Part shown: positions 1 through 12,819 of the stretch, one piece after another
Layout: every line of letters starts with the position of its first letter
Numbering within the stretch: position 1 is the stretch's first letter
Assembly: GCA_026770705.1 (NCBI GenBank)
Contig: JANJGN010000026.1
Location: 31,372,001-31,436,000 of the forward strand
Length of the DNA stretch: 64,000 bases
Direction of reading: 5' to 3'
Source: Isurus oxyrinchus
Taxonomy: Eukaryota
Program-made: the position numbers and the translations under genes
The notes under the pieces: generated by a model
Seen by the model: only the letters and a program-made list of their open reading frames with translations
What the model was told of the DNA's origin: nothing
Database searches by the model: none

Positions 1-892
1 ATGTGGAAGCATTGTGAGCCATGAGGAGGATAGTGCAGAACTTCAAAACGACATGGAGAGGGTGGTGCAAAGGCGGTCAAGTGACAGATGAAATTTATCG
101 CAGAGCATATGCGAAGTTGTTCATTTTGGTAGCAAGAACGCAAAGTGACAATATAAAAGAAAGGGTAAGATTCCAAAGAGGCTGCAGGAGCAGAGAGAAC
201 TGAATGTTTATGGGTCTAAATTATTGAAGGTGGAAAGGCAAGTTGAGAGAGAGGTTAATAAAGCATGCAGCGTCCTGGGCTTTATCAACAGGAGAAAAGA
301 GTATAAAAGTAAGGAGGTTATGTTAAACTGTGACACACTGGTTAGTACTCAATTGAAGAATTGCATCAAATTCCGGGCACCACACTTTTGGAAGAATTTG
401 AAGGAATGAGAGAGGGCACAGGAAAGATTCATGGGAATTCTTCCAGAGATGAGGAACTCCAGTTATGTGTAAAGTGTGGAGAAGTTGGCTTTAATCTCCT
501 TGGAGAAGAGGAGGTTGAAAGGAGATTTTATCGAGGTAATCATGAGGGGTCTGGACAGAGTAGATAGGGAGAAATTGTTCCCATTGGTGGAAGGCTCGAG
601 AACAATTGGGGGGCACAGGTTTAAAGCAACCTGGAGAAGAAGCAATAGAGGCAAGAGGAAAACGTCTGCACGCATTGAGTGGTTAGGGTTTGGAATGCAC
701 TGCCTGTAAGTGTGGTGGATTGAGGGGTAATTGATGCTTTCAAAAGGAAATTGGATCATTATATGAAAAGGGAACAAAACGCTGGAGCACGGCGAAAACA
801 GCGGCACTAGGTCAAAGGCTCCTTCAGATGTTCAGCACGGACACGATTGGCCGAATGGCATCCTTCTGTGCTGTAAGAATTCTATGATTCTA
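1..892 (+). mobile_element. CR1-clade LINE, decayed 3' fragment (RT C-terminus + 3' UTR)
   Basis: Frameshifted CR1 motifs (KACSVLGFINRRKEYKSKEVML; LEKRRLKGDFIEV..GLDRVDREKLFPL) and a TTCTATGATTCTA tail at ~879-892. Confidence 0.85.
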
Positions 893-939
893 CCATTAAT
901 ATCAAAAGCAGTAACTGAAATCGACATTTTCACAGTATC

Positions 940-972
940 TGCAATAGCGGAGCTGGCCGGTAGGTGGCAGTG
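940..972 (+). promoter_or_regulatory. Candidate CTCF site with upstream motif
   Basis: Core TGGCCGGTAGGTGGCAGTG (954-972; one mismatch to CCASYAGRKGGCR), preceded at a 5-nt spacer by TGCAATAGC (940-948), resembling the CTCF zinc-finger 9-11 upstream motif. Confidence 0.5.
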
Positions 973-1029
973 AAACAGTGAATACTGACATTATATCAAA
1001 CAGGCACTGCATCAATCATTTCTGCATCG

Positions 1030-2650
1030 AACCTTGTCCTTGTTCTTACTAAACCTGACCCTGTGAATGTATATGTTACACTAAGTCACCTCTCTGATCA
1101 TATTGCAATAGGTTGTGTCTCAGTTGCTTCTGTGATAAGCTCAATCTCAGTTGTCAATGTACTGGACCAAGGCCATATTATATTAGATATTCTGTCAGTT
1201 ATGATTGCGTTAAACAATGTCATGGCTAATATGACAATAGTCCATGCCTCAGTTGTTACTGCACTAGTACTTGTCTCTGTTTATACTAAACCAGAGCATG
1301 TTCCAGTTTGCATGACACAAGGCTGTGTCTCTGTCATTACACTGTTAGACCCTGCCACCTTTATCCTGAACTAGAGGATTTCTTGGCTAATGCTGCACCA
1401 GTCTATGACTTTGTTTATATCGCCCAATGCCCTCTTTCTGTTATTATTTTATAATACCATGTCTTTCTTGTTGCTGCAATTGTCCATATTTCTGTTTATA
1501 TAAATCTAGGCTCTTTGTTGGCAATTACAGCATGAGGCTCTGTCTCAGTTTAGATTAGAGAATGCCCTGTATCAGATAAAACTGCAGTAGACCACGTGAC
1601 AGTTTCCTTTCACTAGATCCTGTATCAGTTATTACTGAGCTAGACCATGTCTGTGTTCATATTACACAAGACACTGTCTCAATTATTACTTCTCTCGGCA
1701 CTGCCTCACTTTTTATTCCACGAGATCATCACCCTCTTTATATTACACTAGATCATGTCTCTGTTTCAATTCTTTTCGACCTATCTCAGTTTGCATTCCC
1801 CTGCCTGCCGCGGTTTATATTACACTAGACCCTGCCTCAGTTTATATTACACTACACTCTATCTCAGTTTATATCATACTAGTCTCTATCTCAGTTTATA
1901 TTACACTAGACCCTGTCTCAGTTTATATTACACTAGATCCTATCTCACTTTATATTACTCTAGATCCTGTATCTGTTTATATTACACTGGACCCTATCTC
2001 GGTTTATATTACACTAGACACCATCTCAGTTTATAATGCACGAGGCCCTATCTCAGTTTATATTACACTGGACCCTGTCTCGCTTTATATTACACTAGAC
2101 TCTATCTCAGTTTATGTTACACTAGACACTGTCTCGGTTTACATTACACAAGAGCCTGACATTGTTGCCTTAGAAATAGATTCTCTCTATGATAATATTT
2201 CACCAGTTCTTGCCTCAGTTATATCAGTGCTCGGCTTCAACTCAGCTGTTCCTGGATTCAGCCTTGGCTCTGGTTGCATTACATACGAAAAAGCCTCAGT
2301 TATTCCTGGTTTGGACACACTTTCTGTATATACAATGCTAAACCAGCCTTGGTTGTTGCTGCACTAGTCCATACATCTCCTTTTATTTCACTCACCCTGT
2401 TCCTGTTTATACTCCAATATTTGATGTTTTTATTTATCTTACAGTAGAGGCAATCTCAGCTATTACTGCACCAGACCCTGTCTAGGATGTTATTAATCCA
2501 TGTCCCCTTTAATAATTACTGTTTTAGCCCCGAGGGTGGATTAATGTCAATTGAGATTAGTCATGGCTTTTATTCAATAATTACTGGGATAACCTTGCCT
2601 CAGTTATTGCTACACTAGATTATGTTTCGGTTATTACTGCAGTGGCCTAT
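1030..2650 (-). repeat. 27-bp minisatellite, degenerate (best preserved ~1810-2150)
   Basis: Repeated TATATTACACTAGACCCTGTCTCAGTT; reverse complement of the array at 16.3-23.4 kb. Confidence 0.85.
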
Positions 2651-3410
2651 ATCTCTCTGAGTTGGAGAGATAATATTATACACAAAGATGTTGAGTTGAG
2701 AATTGGCGCTGTCCTAAAACAGGCGGTATTGGATGGCCCATTCTTTGCAGCACCTGTCATTTAGTTTTATTTAGCTCCATTCAAAGTAAATATATTTCAG
2801 TTATGGTCAGTTATGTGTGTTCTATTGGAAAAAAAGCATTCTTCTTGCTTGTACCAACATTTCTCAAAGATAAACGATGATCTTCATCAGAATGTTTCAG
2901 TATTTTATATTCTTGTATTAAAATTGTGATAGTAGCTGGTTTAATACTGTAACTATTTATTGATAACAATTCTGTTGTGCGCATTTGTTAATTAAGTGAT
3001 GTCAGACTGACGGTTTCGTTTCTAAGGTAGGTTTATTGGTCTCCGCTGATCAGATGGGAAGTGGATTAAATCACATTCAGAATAACCAGCAGTCTATTAA
3101 CAAAAAATCACCTCGGCATCTCTCAAAAGCTCCAGGTAATCTCGAATGTGTGATGATTTGAACAAATGATGGAAAAAAAAATCAAACTTTACACATACCT
3201 GACAGGAAGTTAATACACCTGTAACTCTCCGACTTATTATTCCTATTGATGGGAAGGATTGAAACTCCTTCTGCTCTCCAGAGAACTTCCATTATTTCTG
3301 TTTCCACTTTTTAAACTGTTATCATCACAAATTCTGCGACAAACACTCGAATCATTTTTGAACTGATTGGTCTGCATGTAGGTTGCATATTCATTGTAAA
3401 CTTACTGAAA

Positions 3411-6400
3411 GGCAGTCAGCAGCACCGAGAAGAGTCGGGAGTTGAAGAGAAGCGTGAGAGGAGTCGGGAGTTGAAGAGAAGCGTGTGAGGAGCCGGGAGT
3501 TGAAGAGGAATCGGGAGCTGAAGAGGAGCGCGAGAGGAGTCAGTAGTTGAAAGAAAGCGTGAGAGGAGTTGGGAGTTGAAGGGAAGCGCGAGACGAGTTG
3601 GAAATTGAAGAAAAGCCCGAGAGAAGCTAGGAGTTGAAGAGGAGCGTGAGAGGAGTCGGTTGTTGAAGAGAAGATGGAAGAGCAGGGGTGACTGATGGAG
3701 TTTGGTGAGGAGGGAACAAGGTGATCCTTTGAGTACTATGAGTACATCAGGGTAAGCATTTACTACTTTTATTGCTTATAGTTTTTAAGGTCTTATTTTG
3801 TGGCTCACCGTTTGTAGAGGCTATATTCGGTAACAACAACGAGCAAGGAAGAAAGGCCCGAGAGTAATTGATATTAAATATCTTCCAAAATGTTTAATTT
3901 AATTTAAAGGGGTAAGTCATGGCAGGAGAGCTCAAAGCCGTGGTGTGCTCCTCCTGCTCTATGTGGGAACCCGGGAACATTTCCAATGCCCGGGGCCAGC
4001 GGGAAGTGTCTCCATCTGCAGCACGTGACAGCCTGGGTTTTTGAGCTGGAGCAGTGGCTGGGGACAATGTGGAGCATCCGTGAGGCAGACAGTATCATGC
4101 ACAGCACGTATAAAGAGGTGGTCACACCACAGGCTAAGAGTACACAGGCAGGAAGAGAATCGGTGACCACCAGGCAAAGCAAGAGAACTAGGCAGGCAGT
4201 GCAATAATCTCCTGTGGCTTTACCCTGAAAAACAGATATACCACTTTGGATACTGTTGGGCGGAATGACCTCTCAGGAGAAAGCAGCAAGAGCCAATTTT
4301 GTTGCACCATGGTTGGCTCTGCTGCACAGGGGAGGAGTAAAAAGTGTGGGAATGCAATAGTTACAGGGGATTCAATTGTAAGGGGAATAGATAGGCGTTT
4401 TGGTGGCCGCAAATGAGACTCCAGGATGGTATGCTGACTCCCTGGTGCTAGGGTCAAGGATGCCTCAGAGCAGCTAGAGGACATTCTGAAGGTGGAGGAT
4501 GAACAGCCAATGGTCGTGGTACACATTGGTACAAAAGACATAGGTGAAAAAAAAGGATGAGGTCCCAAAAGCAGAATTTAGGGAGTTAGGAAGTAAGTTG
4601 TAAAGTAGGACCTCAAAGATAGTGATCTCAGGATTACTACCAGTGCCACGTGCCAGTCAGAGTAGAAATAGCAGGACATATGGGATGAATACATGGCTGA
4701 AGAGATGGTTTGAAGGGAATGGTTTCAGATTCCTGGCGCATTGGGACCGGCTCTGGGGAGGTGGGACCAGTACAAAGTGGATGGGTTACACCTCGGCAGG
4801 ACAGGGACTGATGTCCTAGGGGGAACATTTGCTAGTGTGGTTGGGGAGGGTTTAAACTATAATGGCAGGGGGATGGAAACCTATGCGAGAAGTCAGAGGA
4901 AGGGGAATCAAAGACAAGAACAAAAGACAGAAAGTGGAATAAGAAAGGTGATAGTCAGAGAAATCAAGGGCAAGAATCAAACAGGGCCTCAGTGAAAAAT
5001 AGTAGGAACGGGACAAGTAATGTTAAAAAGAAAAGCCTTAAGACTTTGTGCTTTAAGGCAAGGAGCATTCGCAATAAAGTGGATGAATGAACCACCCAAA
5101 TCGATGTAAATAGGTATAATATAGTCGGGATTATGGAGACGCGGCTGCAGGGTGACCAGGGATGGGAACTGAACATCTAGGGGTATTCAGTATTTAGGAA
5201 GGACAGACAAAAAGGAAAAGATGATAGAGTGCATTGCTGGTGAAAAAGGAAATTAATGCAATAGTGAGGAAAGATATTAGCTCCGACGATGTGGATTCTG
5301 CATTGGTGGAGCTGAGAAACATTAAGGGGCAGAAAACTTTAGTGGGCATTGTATATAGACCCACATCTGTAGTGGTGATTTTGGGAATGGCATTAAACAG
5401 GAAATTAGAGATGCATGTAATAAAGGAACATCTGTAAGTATGGGTGACTTTAATATGCATATAGATTGGGCAAATCAAATTAGTAACAATTCTGTAGAGG
5501 AGGAATTCCTGGAATGTATACGGGATGTTTTTCTGGACCAAGATGTTGAGGAACTAACGAGAGAACAGGCCATGCTCAACTGGATATTGTGTAATGAGAG
5601 AGGAATAATTGGCAACCTGGTTGTGCAAGACCTGTTGCGAATGAGCGACCATAATATGATGGAATTCTTCATCAAGATGGAGAGTAATGTAGTTGATTCT
5701 GGGACTAGGGCCCTGAATCATAATAAAGGAAATTATGATGGTATGAGGCACGATTTGGCTATGATGGATTGGGAAACGTTCCTTAAGGGGATGACGGTGG
5801 ATAGGCAATGGCAAACATAGGTGAACTGCAACAATTGTTTATTCCGGTTTGGTACAAAAGTAAAACAGGAAAGGTGGCCAAACCATAGCTTACAAGAGAA
5901 ATTAGAGATAGTATTAGATCCAAGGAAGAGGCATACAAATTGGCCAGAAAAAAACAACAGACATGGGGATTGCGAGCAGTTTAGAATTCAGCAAAGGAGG
6001 ACCAAGGGATTGATTAAAAAGGGGAAAATAGAGTATGAGAGGAAGCTTGCAGGGCACATAAAAACGGACTGTAAAAGTTTCTATAGGTATGTGAAGAGAA
6101 AAAGATTGTTGGAAACAAATGTAGGACCCTTAGAGTCAGAAACAGGGGAATTTATAATGGGGAACAACGAAATGGCTGACCAGCTAAATACATACTTTGG
6201 CTCTGTCTTCACAAAGGAGGACACAAATAACATACCAGAAATGTTGGGGAACAGAGGGTTTAATGAGAGGGAGGAACTGAAAGAAATCAATATTATTAGG
6301 GAAATGGTGTTGGAGAAATTGATGGGATTGAAGGCCGATAAATCCCCGGGGCCTGATAATCTACATCCCAGAGTACTTAAGGAAGTGGCCTTAGAAATGG

Positions 6401-7907
6401 TGGACGCATTGGTGGTCATCTTCCAAGATTCTATAGACTCTGGAAAAGTTCCTACAGATTAGAGGGTAGCTAATGTAACCCCATTATTTAAAAAGGGAGG
6501 CAGAGAGAAAACAGGGAATTATAGACTAGTCAGCCTGACGTCGGTAGTGGGGAAAATTCTAGAGTTCATCATAAAAGATTTAATAGCTGAGCACGTGGAA
6601 AACGGTGGCAGAATCGGACAGAGTCAGGATGAATTTATGAAAGGGTAATCATGCTTGACAAATCTACTGGAATTTTTCGAGGATGTAACTAGTAGAGTTG
6701 ATGAGGGTGAGCCAATGGATGTGGTTATTTGGACTTTCAGAAGGCTTTCGACAAAGTTCCACAAGATTGGCGTGAAAATTAAAGCACATGGGATTGATAG
6801 AGTACTGAGATGGATAGAAAACTGGTTGGCAGACAGGAAACAAAGAGTACAAATAAACGGGTCTTTTTCCAAATGGCAGGCAGTGGCACATGGAGTACCG
6901 CAGGGATGGTGCTGGGACCCCAGTTATTCACAATGTTTATTAATGATTTAGATGACGGAATTAAATGCAATATCTCCAAATTTGCAGGTGACACAAAGCT
7001 GGGTGGGAGGGTGAGCTGTGAGGAGGAAGCAGAGATGCTTCAGTGTGATTTGGAAAGCTGAGTGAGTGGGCAAATGCATGGCAGATGCAGTAAAACGTCG
7101 ATAAACGTGAGGTGATACACTTTGGTAGCAAAAACAGGAAGTCAGATTATTATCTGAATGGCTGTAAATTGAGAGAGGGAAATGTGCAACGAGACCTGGG
7201 TGTCCTTGTATACCAGTCGCTGAAGGTAAGCATGCAGGTGCAACAGGTGGTAAAGAAGGCAAATGGTTTGTTGGCCTTCATAGCCAGAGAATTCGAGTAC
7301 AAAACCGGGATGTCTTGCTCTAATTGTATAGGGCCTTGGTGAGACCACACCTGGAATATTGTGTGCAGTTTTTGTCTCCTTGTCTGAGGAAGAATGTACT
7401 TGCTATCGTGGGAGTGTAGCGAAGGTGTACCCAACTGATTCCTGGGATGGCGGGACTGACATATGAGGAGAGATTGAGTCGATTAGGATTATATTCGCAG
7501 GAGTTCAGAAGAATGAGGGGGATCTCATAGAAACCTATAAAATTCCAGCAGGTTAGTTGCAGGAAGAATGTTCCGGATGGTGGGGGAGTCCAGAACTAGG
7601 GGTCACAGTCTGAGGATATGGGGTAGACCATTTCGGACTGAGATGAGGAGAAATTTCTTCACCCAGAGAGCGATGAGCCTGTGGACTTCGTTACCACTGA
7701 AAGTAGTTGAGACCAAATCATTGTATGTTTTCAAGAAAGATTTAGATAAAGCTCTTGGGGCGAAAGGGATCAAAGGGTATGGGGAGAAAGCGGGATCAGG
7801 CTATTGAGTTGAATGATCAGCCATGATCATAATGAATGGTGGAGCAGGTTTGAAGGGGCCGAATGGCCTACTCCTGCTCCTAGTTTCTATGTTCCTTTGT
7901 TTCTATG
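3411..7907 (+). mobile_element. Near-full-length CR1 LINE, inactivated (5' UTR repeats, ORF1 Zn-finger/SGNH esterase, ORF2 APE endonuclease-RT)
   Basis: ORF1 ATG at 3919 (MAGELKAVVCSSCSMWE; GDSIVRG..PGARV..VVVHIGT..DGLHL). ORF2 from ~5045 (ARSIRNKVDE, MGDFN, SDHN, KSPGPDNLHPRVLKE, GVPQG, FAGDTKL). Many stops and frameshifts. TTTCTATG tail at 7884-7907. Confidence 0.93.
3428..3675 (+). repeat. 29-bp tandem repeat in the CR1 5' UTR (~8 copies)
   Basis: Unit GAGAAGCGTGAGAGGAGTCGGGAGTTGAA, repeated with substitutions. Confidence 0.9.
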
Positions 7908-7919
7908 AAAATAAATCAA

Positions 7920-8940
7920 TGGAGCATAAACAGAGACCAGACCTGGTGTAACATAAGCAGAGGTTTGGGCGAGTTCAACAACAACAAAGAGAAGATCTCA
8001 TGTAATATAAAGAGACATAGGGTGGTGCAGTAATAACAGAGGCAGCATCTGGTGTAACGTAACCAGCGATATGAGGCAGTGCAGTAATAACAGAGTCTGG
8101 CTTGGTGTAATATAAATAGAAATAAAGGCTAGTGCAGTAATAACAGTAACAGGACCTGGTGTAATAGAAACAGAGATGTAGTGTAGTTTAATAATTTGGA
8201 GAGACAGGTCAAATATTATCAGAGATATCAGCTACTGCAGTAATAACAGATACAATACGTGGTCTGATGCAGACAAAGGCATGCGCTAGTGTACTGATAA
8301 CACGAACTGGCCCTGGGAGTAACATAAAGAGAGAAATGGGCTAGTTCAGGAATAAGGGAGGGAGAGAGAGGACCTGTTATAACATTCACATGAAGCAGTA
8401 TTTGTGTAATCATAATAACAAAAATACTTAGAGCGAAATAACAACTGAAAGAGGTCATAGTGGAAAACTAACAGGAGCAGTGTCAACGGTAACAATATCA
8501 GAAACAGGTTCCTATTGAAAACTGATAGGCACAAGTCTTTCAGAAATAATGAGAGAGGTTTGCATTTGAATTTAAATAACAGGTGGGCTCTTGGTGTAAC
8601 CATTACAGAGACAGCGTTTTATACATTGGGATTGGACACAGGGAACAGATTAAAATCAGGAAAGTTGTGTGCAACAAATATAATGTTTGATGACAACAGA
8701 GGATAACAAGTTGCAGTGCATCACTGAATACATCACTGGATCCAGTGTGATAACGACACAGTCAACACCTGATCCACCCAAATCGAAGTTGGGTCTGATA
8801 TAACAGTGTGTGTGAGACAGCGCCAATTGATACAATAGCAAATCTTTTACCTAATGCCCAATAACAGAGTCAAGCACCACTGCAATATGAATGAGATGGT
8901 GTTGATGTAATAACACTGACACAGTCTAGTGTAATAGCAA
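7920..8940 (+). repeat. Highly degenerate 27-bp satellite
   Basis: Recurring GTGCAGTAATAACAGAG / GGTGTAATATAAACAGAGA subunits. Confidence 0.65.
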
Positions 8941-11149
8941 ATAAAACATAACATTCTGGAATCACTCTGTAGGTCAGGCAGAATCTGTGGCGATAACCAG
9001 AGTGAACGTTTCATGGCGATGACCCTTCAGCAGAACTGGGGTCATCGATTAGAAACTTTAACTCTCCGCCTCTCCACAGCTATTGCACTCCCGAGTGCTA
9101 CAGTTGGAGGTCCTCCTGCTTTTCAGCTGTAAGACCTGTGTTCAAATTCCACTCCCGGCTCCGTTAACTACGGGAAGAGTGTTCGTATGACAGAACGCCG
9201 GTTTTAATTCACCTCCAAAATCCTTCCGCCTCTCCACACTTGCAAATAATATGATAATCCGGAAAACAAACAGGCTGGTCATCTGCTGTCTGACCTGTTG
9301 GGGATTTCCAGCATAATCTGTTTTGATTTGAGATTTCCAACATCTGTAATATGTTGCCTTTGTGCTGATATAATGGGAACATTCCCTAATTAGGGTCATT
9401 CTCACTCCTGAGTAAAAACGCTGTGGGTTTAAGCCTCAGTCCAGAGAGTTGACCACTTAATACCAGACAATGCTCACGGCGCCAGTTTAAATGCAAGTCG
9501 TTCTATTATTTTATCCATTATTTTCTTGCGCTCAGAAGGAGTGAGAGGAATTAAAGACAAGGCAAGTCTAGGAAGTTTCTCCATCCAGCGAAGGACGGGA
9601 CATTGTTGCAGCTTTGGCGTTCCCGCCCTCTCCAAAAATAAAAACAACCTCTCCCTCCTTGGATTTGCGAAGGGAGATCTCACTGCGGGGCCCCGGCCGG
9701 ACTGGGGCCTGGTCTAATAATAATCGGAGGCCGGCTCCAGTGTATCAATAACAGAGGCTGCTGGTAATCTTACATAAACGAAGGCAGGGGGCCTAATAAA
9801 CATCTTAATTTCACGGGAAACGAAAGTCTAACGAAGCAATGATGTTCAGGGCCTCAGCGCAGGCTTCTGTGTTATGGAAAGTGACACAGGGATTTGTGTG
9901 GTAAAAACGGAGTGGAAGCATCATGACGGAGGCCCATGTGGCTGAATCCACCTGATTAAGAGCTGTTCTACTCAAGAAGAGGACAATCATGGCGGACTCC
10001 AGAGATTTCTGATATCTGAGGGGTCAATGGTGCACCTCTCAGAGGAACAGAAAACAATCTGTTGCTTCTCGTTCTTGCCGACAGTTCTCTATTTACATAG
10101 ACACGTAAGGGTGGAACCCGGCAGCTTGTAGAAACCAATTTTTAAAGCTTCAGCGTGAGGCTGAAAATATTAAACACCGAAACCCCACCAGAGGGAAAAT
10201 CAGTGCCAAAAATGTTAAGGATCATCGTGTTTTTGACTAAACAAGTTCTATCCCGTGTTATTTTGTTCAAAGTAGTGTTTTTTTAAAAAAAAAACCTAAT
10301 GAACTTCTGAAGGATTCCTGGTAATTGTCGACACACACACATTCAAGTACTGTCAAAAGACAGGATTAGCACAAGACGAATTATTGCATTTTATTCAGGC
10401 TTAATGAAGGACAGAGGAAGATACAGAAAAGGTGCTGGGGCAGTGTTATAGATGAATGACCCAGTTGGTCCCTTCTCTATATTCCTTCAAATTTGAACTT
10501 CTTCAAGCATTTATCTACTTCATTTTACAAAGTTACTACTAAATCAGATTCCATCACCGTATCAAGCTGTGCATTCCAGTTCATAACAACTCGCCGTGTA
10601 AAAAAATAAATAATTATCCTCCTGTCTTCCCCTTCAATAAAGTAAATCTGTCTCCTCTGGTTACCGACCCTCCCGGCAGTAAAAGTATTCTCTCTTTATT
10701 CACTCCATCAAAACGTTCATGCTTTTGAACACTTTTATTTAATAGATTCACAGTGAGGTGGAGGGAGATACACAGGGAGACAGAGAGATAAATCTGAGCG
10801 AAGGGGACTTCAAATGAAAAAGGGAGATAGAGTGTTGCAGAGAAACAGAGGAACCAAGTTCCGAGAGAGACTGTGTGCAGAAAGTGCGTGTGTGTGTGTG
10901 TATGTGTGTGTGTGGCTGGTCTGGGGGTTGGGGGGGCGGGAGGGGAGTGGGGAGTAGTGGAGTTAGGATGGGGGTGGTGAAGAATGACAACGAAAAAGGA
11001 AAGGTAGCAAGCTCTCATATCCCTGCTTCAGGGACCCGGGGGAGCTCAGTGATTGATCCACTGACCATCCAGTTATGTCTTGTAATGGAAGCTCTAAACC
11101 GATCACAACAGGCTCATTTGTAAAAGTCACCGCAATGTGATCTGTGTGA

Positions 11150-11400
11150 CTCTGCCCTGACTCTGTGGTCAGATTTAAGCCGCCTTGACAGATGTTCTCA
11201 ACAGATTGTGGCCCCTGGATTTATTTTCTGCTCAGAAGTGAGATGTGTGGTTTGGAACCGGCAGCAGAGAAACAGGAAGTTGTGTTACCTGAGAATGAAA
11301 CAGCCGGCGTCAGTTTCATGTTATCACCGTGAACAGTCTTCCTGCCTGTGGGGGTGAACTCACTCTGACAGCATCAAGAACAACCACACAGATTGCTGCC
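11150..11400. promoter_or_regulatory. Candidate lymphoid enhancer (RUNX/ETS/E-box cluster)
   Basis: TGTGGTC 11164, CAGATG 11189, TGTGGTT 11246, ACAGGAAGT 11272, CTTCCTG 11338, AACCACA 11382, all within 230 bp of sequence not recognisable as a repeat. Confidence 0.4.
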
Positions 11401-12819
11401 GGTCACAGCATAACATTCAACTCTATTCCAAATTGAAAGAATTACATAAACGAGGTTATTTTAGTTATAACATATTAACTGAATGGCAGATGGACTGATG
11501 GTATCACTGGGAAAGAAGAGGGGAAATAAAAACAATAATTTCCCCCACAAGGAGTTATTCTAAAGTAGAAAGCTTTAAATGAGTTCGATGGTGTCTGAAA
11601 GAAAGAGGTAAGAGAGGTTACGTGAGTGGGCTGGTGTCTTCCTGGCACTGCATTTTCCTCTGAAGAGCTGTTGGCGCGTAATCTTTCCAGTGATAATGTG
11701 CCTTAAGCAAAATATTTAAACATTGACCCCTCGTAGCTGCCAGGTCCGGCCCTTGTGCAACTGGTAAGTGAGTTAAGTGAAGTCTGAGAGAGAGAAGAGA
11801 TGTTAACTATTTTAGGTGTGGTCTGAGACAGAGGAAGAGAGAGAAGCTCAGTGAGTCATTTTAAAGATGAATTTGCCTTGACAACGGAATGGTCAGCTTG
11901 ACATTACTTTCCAGAGCATGCAAGACAATGCATTACCAATAAATATTAACGGTAGCATAGGATCTGTAAGTATATTCTCAATAAGTATCATAACGTGCTG
12001 AAAAATAATTGCAATGGCTTTTGCAAGCAATGAAAAATGATGTGTTCCAGACGTACCCACTTCCACAACCACACATGCAGTTGCGCACACCCACACACAC
12101 ACACAGTCACACACAGACCGAGACACACACATTCACATACACAGGCACACAGACACACACACAAACACACGCACAGTCTCTGACACACAGGAACATGGGT
12201 CATTAGAATGCTACAGCCGCCCATTCGCCTGAGGTTGTGATCTCAGACTCTGTCTCTCACAATCAGTGGCCACGCCAAAAGCAAACCAAAAGCCCGATTG
12301 GAAAAGTGGGGGAAAAAAATCTTAAAATTAAAGAAAACTGTGAGCAATTGCCATAGAGTAACTCAAGCATGAATTAGTCATCTCTAACACAGTGCTGTGT
12401 GTGACTAAGTTGTGCAATGTGCAGTGCAATGTAGTTCACCTTTATTTCTATTCCTCAATCTCATTGAATAAGAAAATGTTCCAAGATTCACCCCAACCTT
12501 TCGACACAAACATTACACACATTATACGAGAGGAATTAGAAATTGCATCCAATGCCTAATATTTATTAACAAGAATAAGCCTATTGTTTCAACCCCTTAT
12601 CACCAACAGGATATTAAAACATTCTTAAAATTAATAACCACCTATCCATCTGGCTCTCTCTCTCTCTCTCTCTCCATCTCTAGTTAGCAGAGACCTTTTA
12701 TAGTGCAGTAATAACTGAGGCTCGGTCTAGTGTATCAATAATTGGGATATGACCTCTAAAATGTAAGGGGAGACATGGGGGAGTACAGTCATGAATGAAG
12801 CAGTCTAATGCAGTAATAT

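Noticed and set aside
10749-10790. Isolated CACAGTG heptamer (similar ones at ~12388 and ~15877)
   Set aside because: No nonamer at 12 or 23 nt and no adjacent V/D/J coding sequence.
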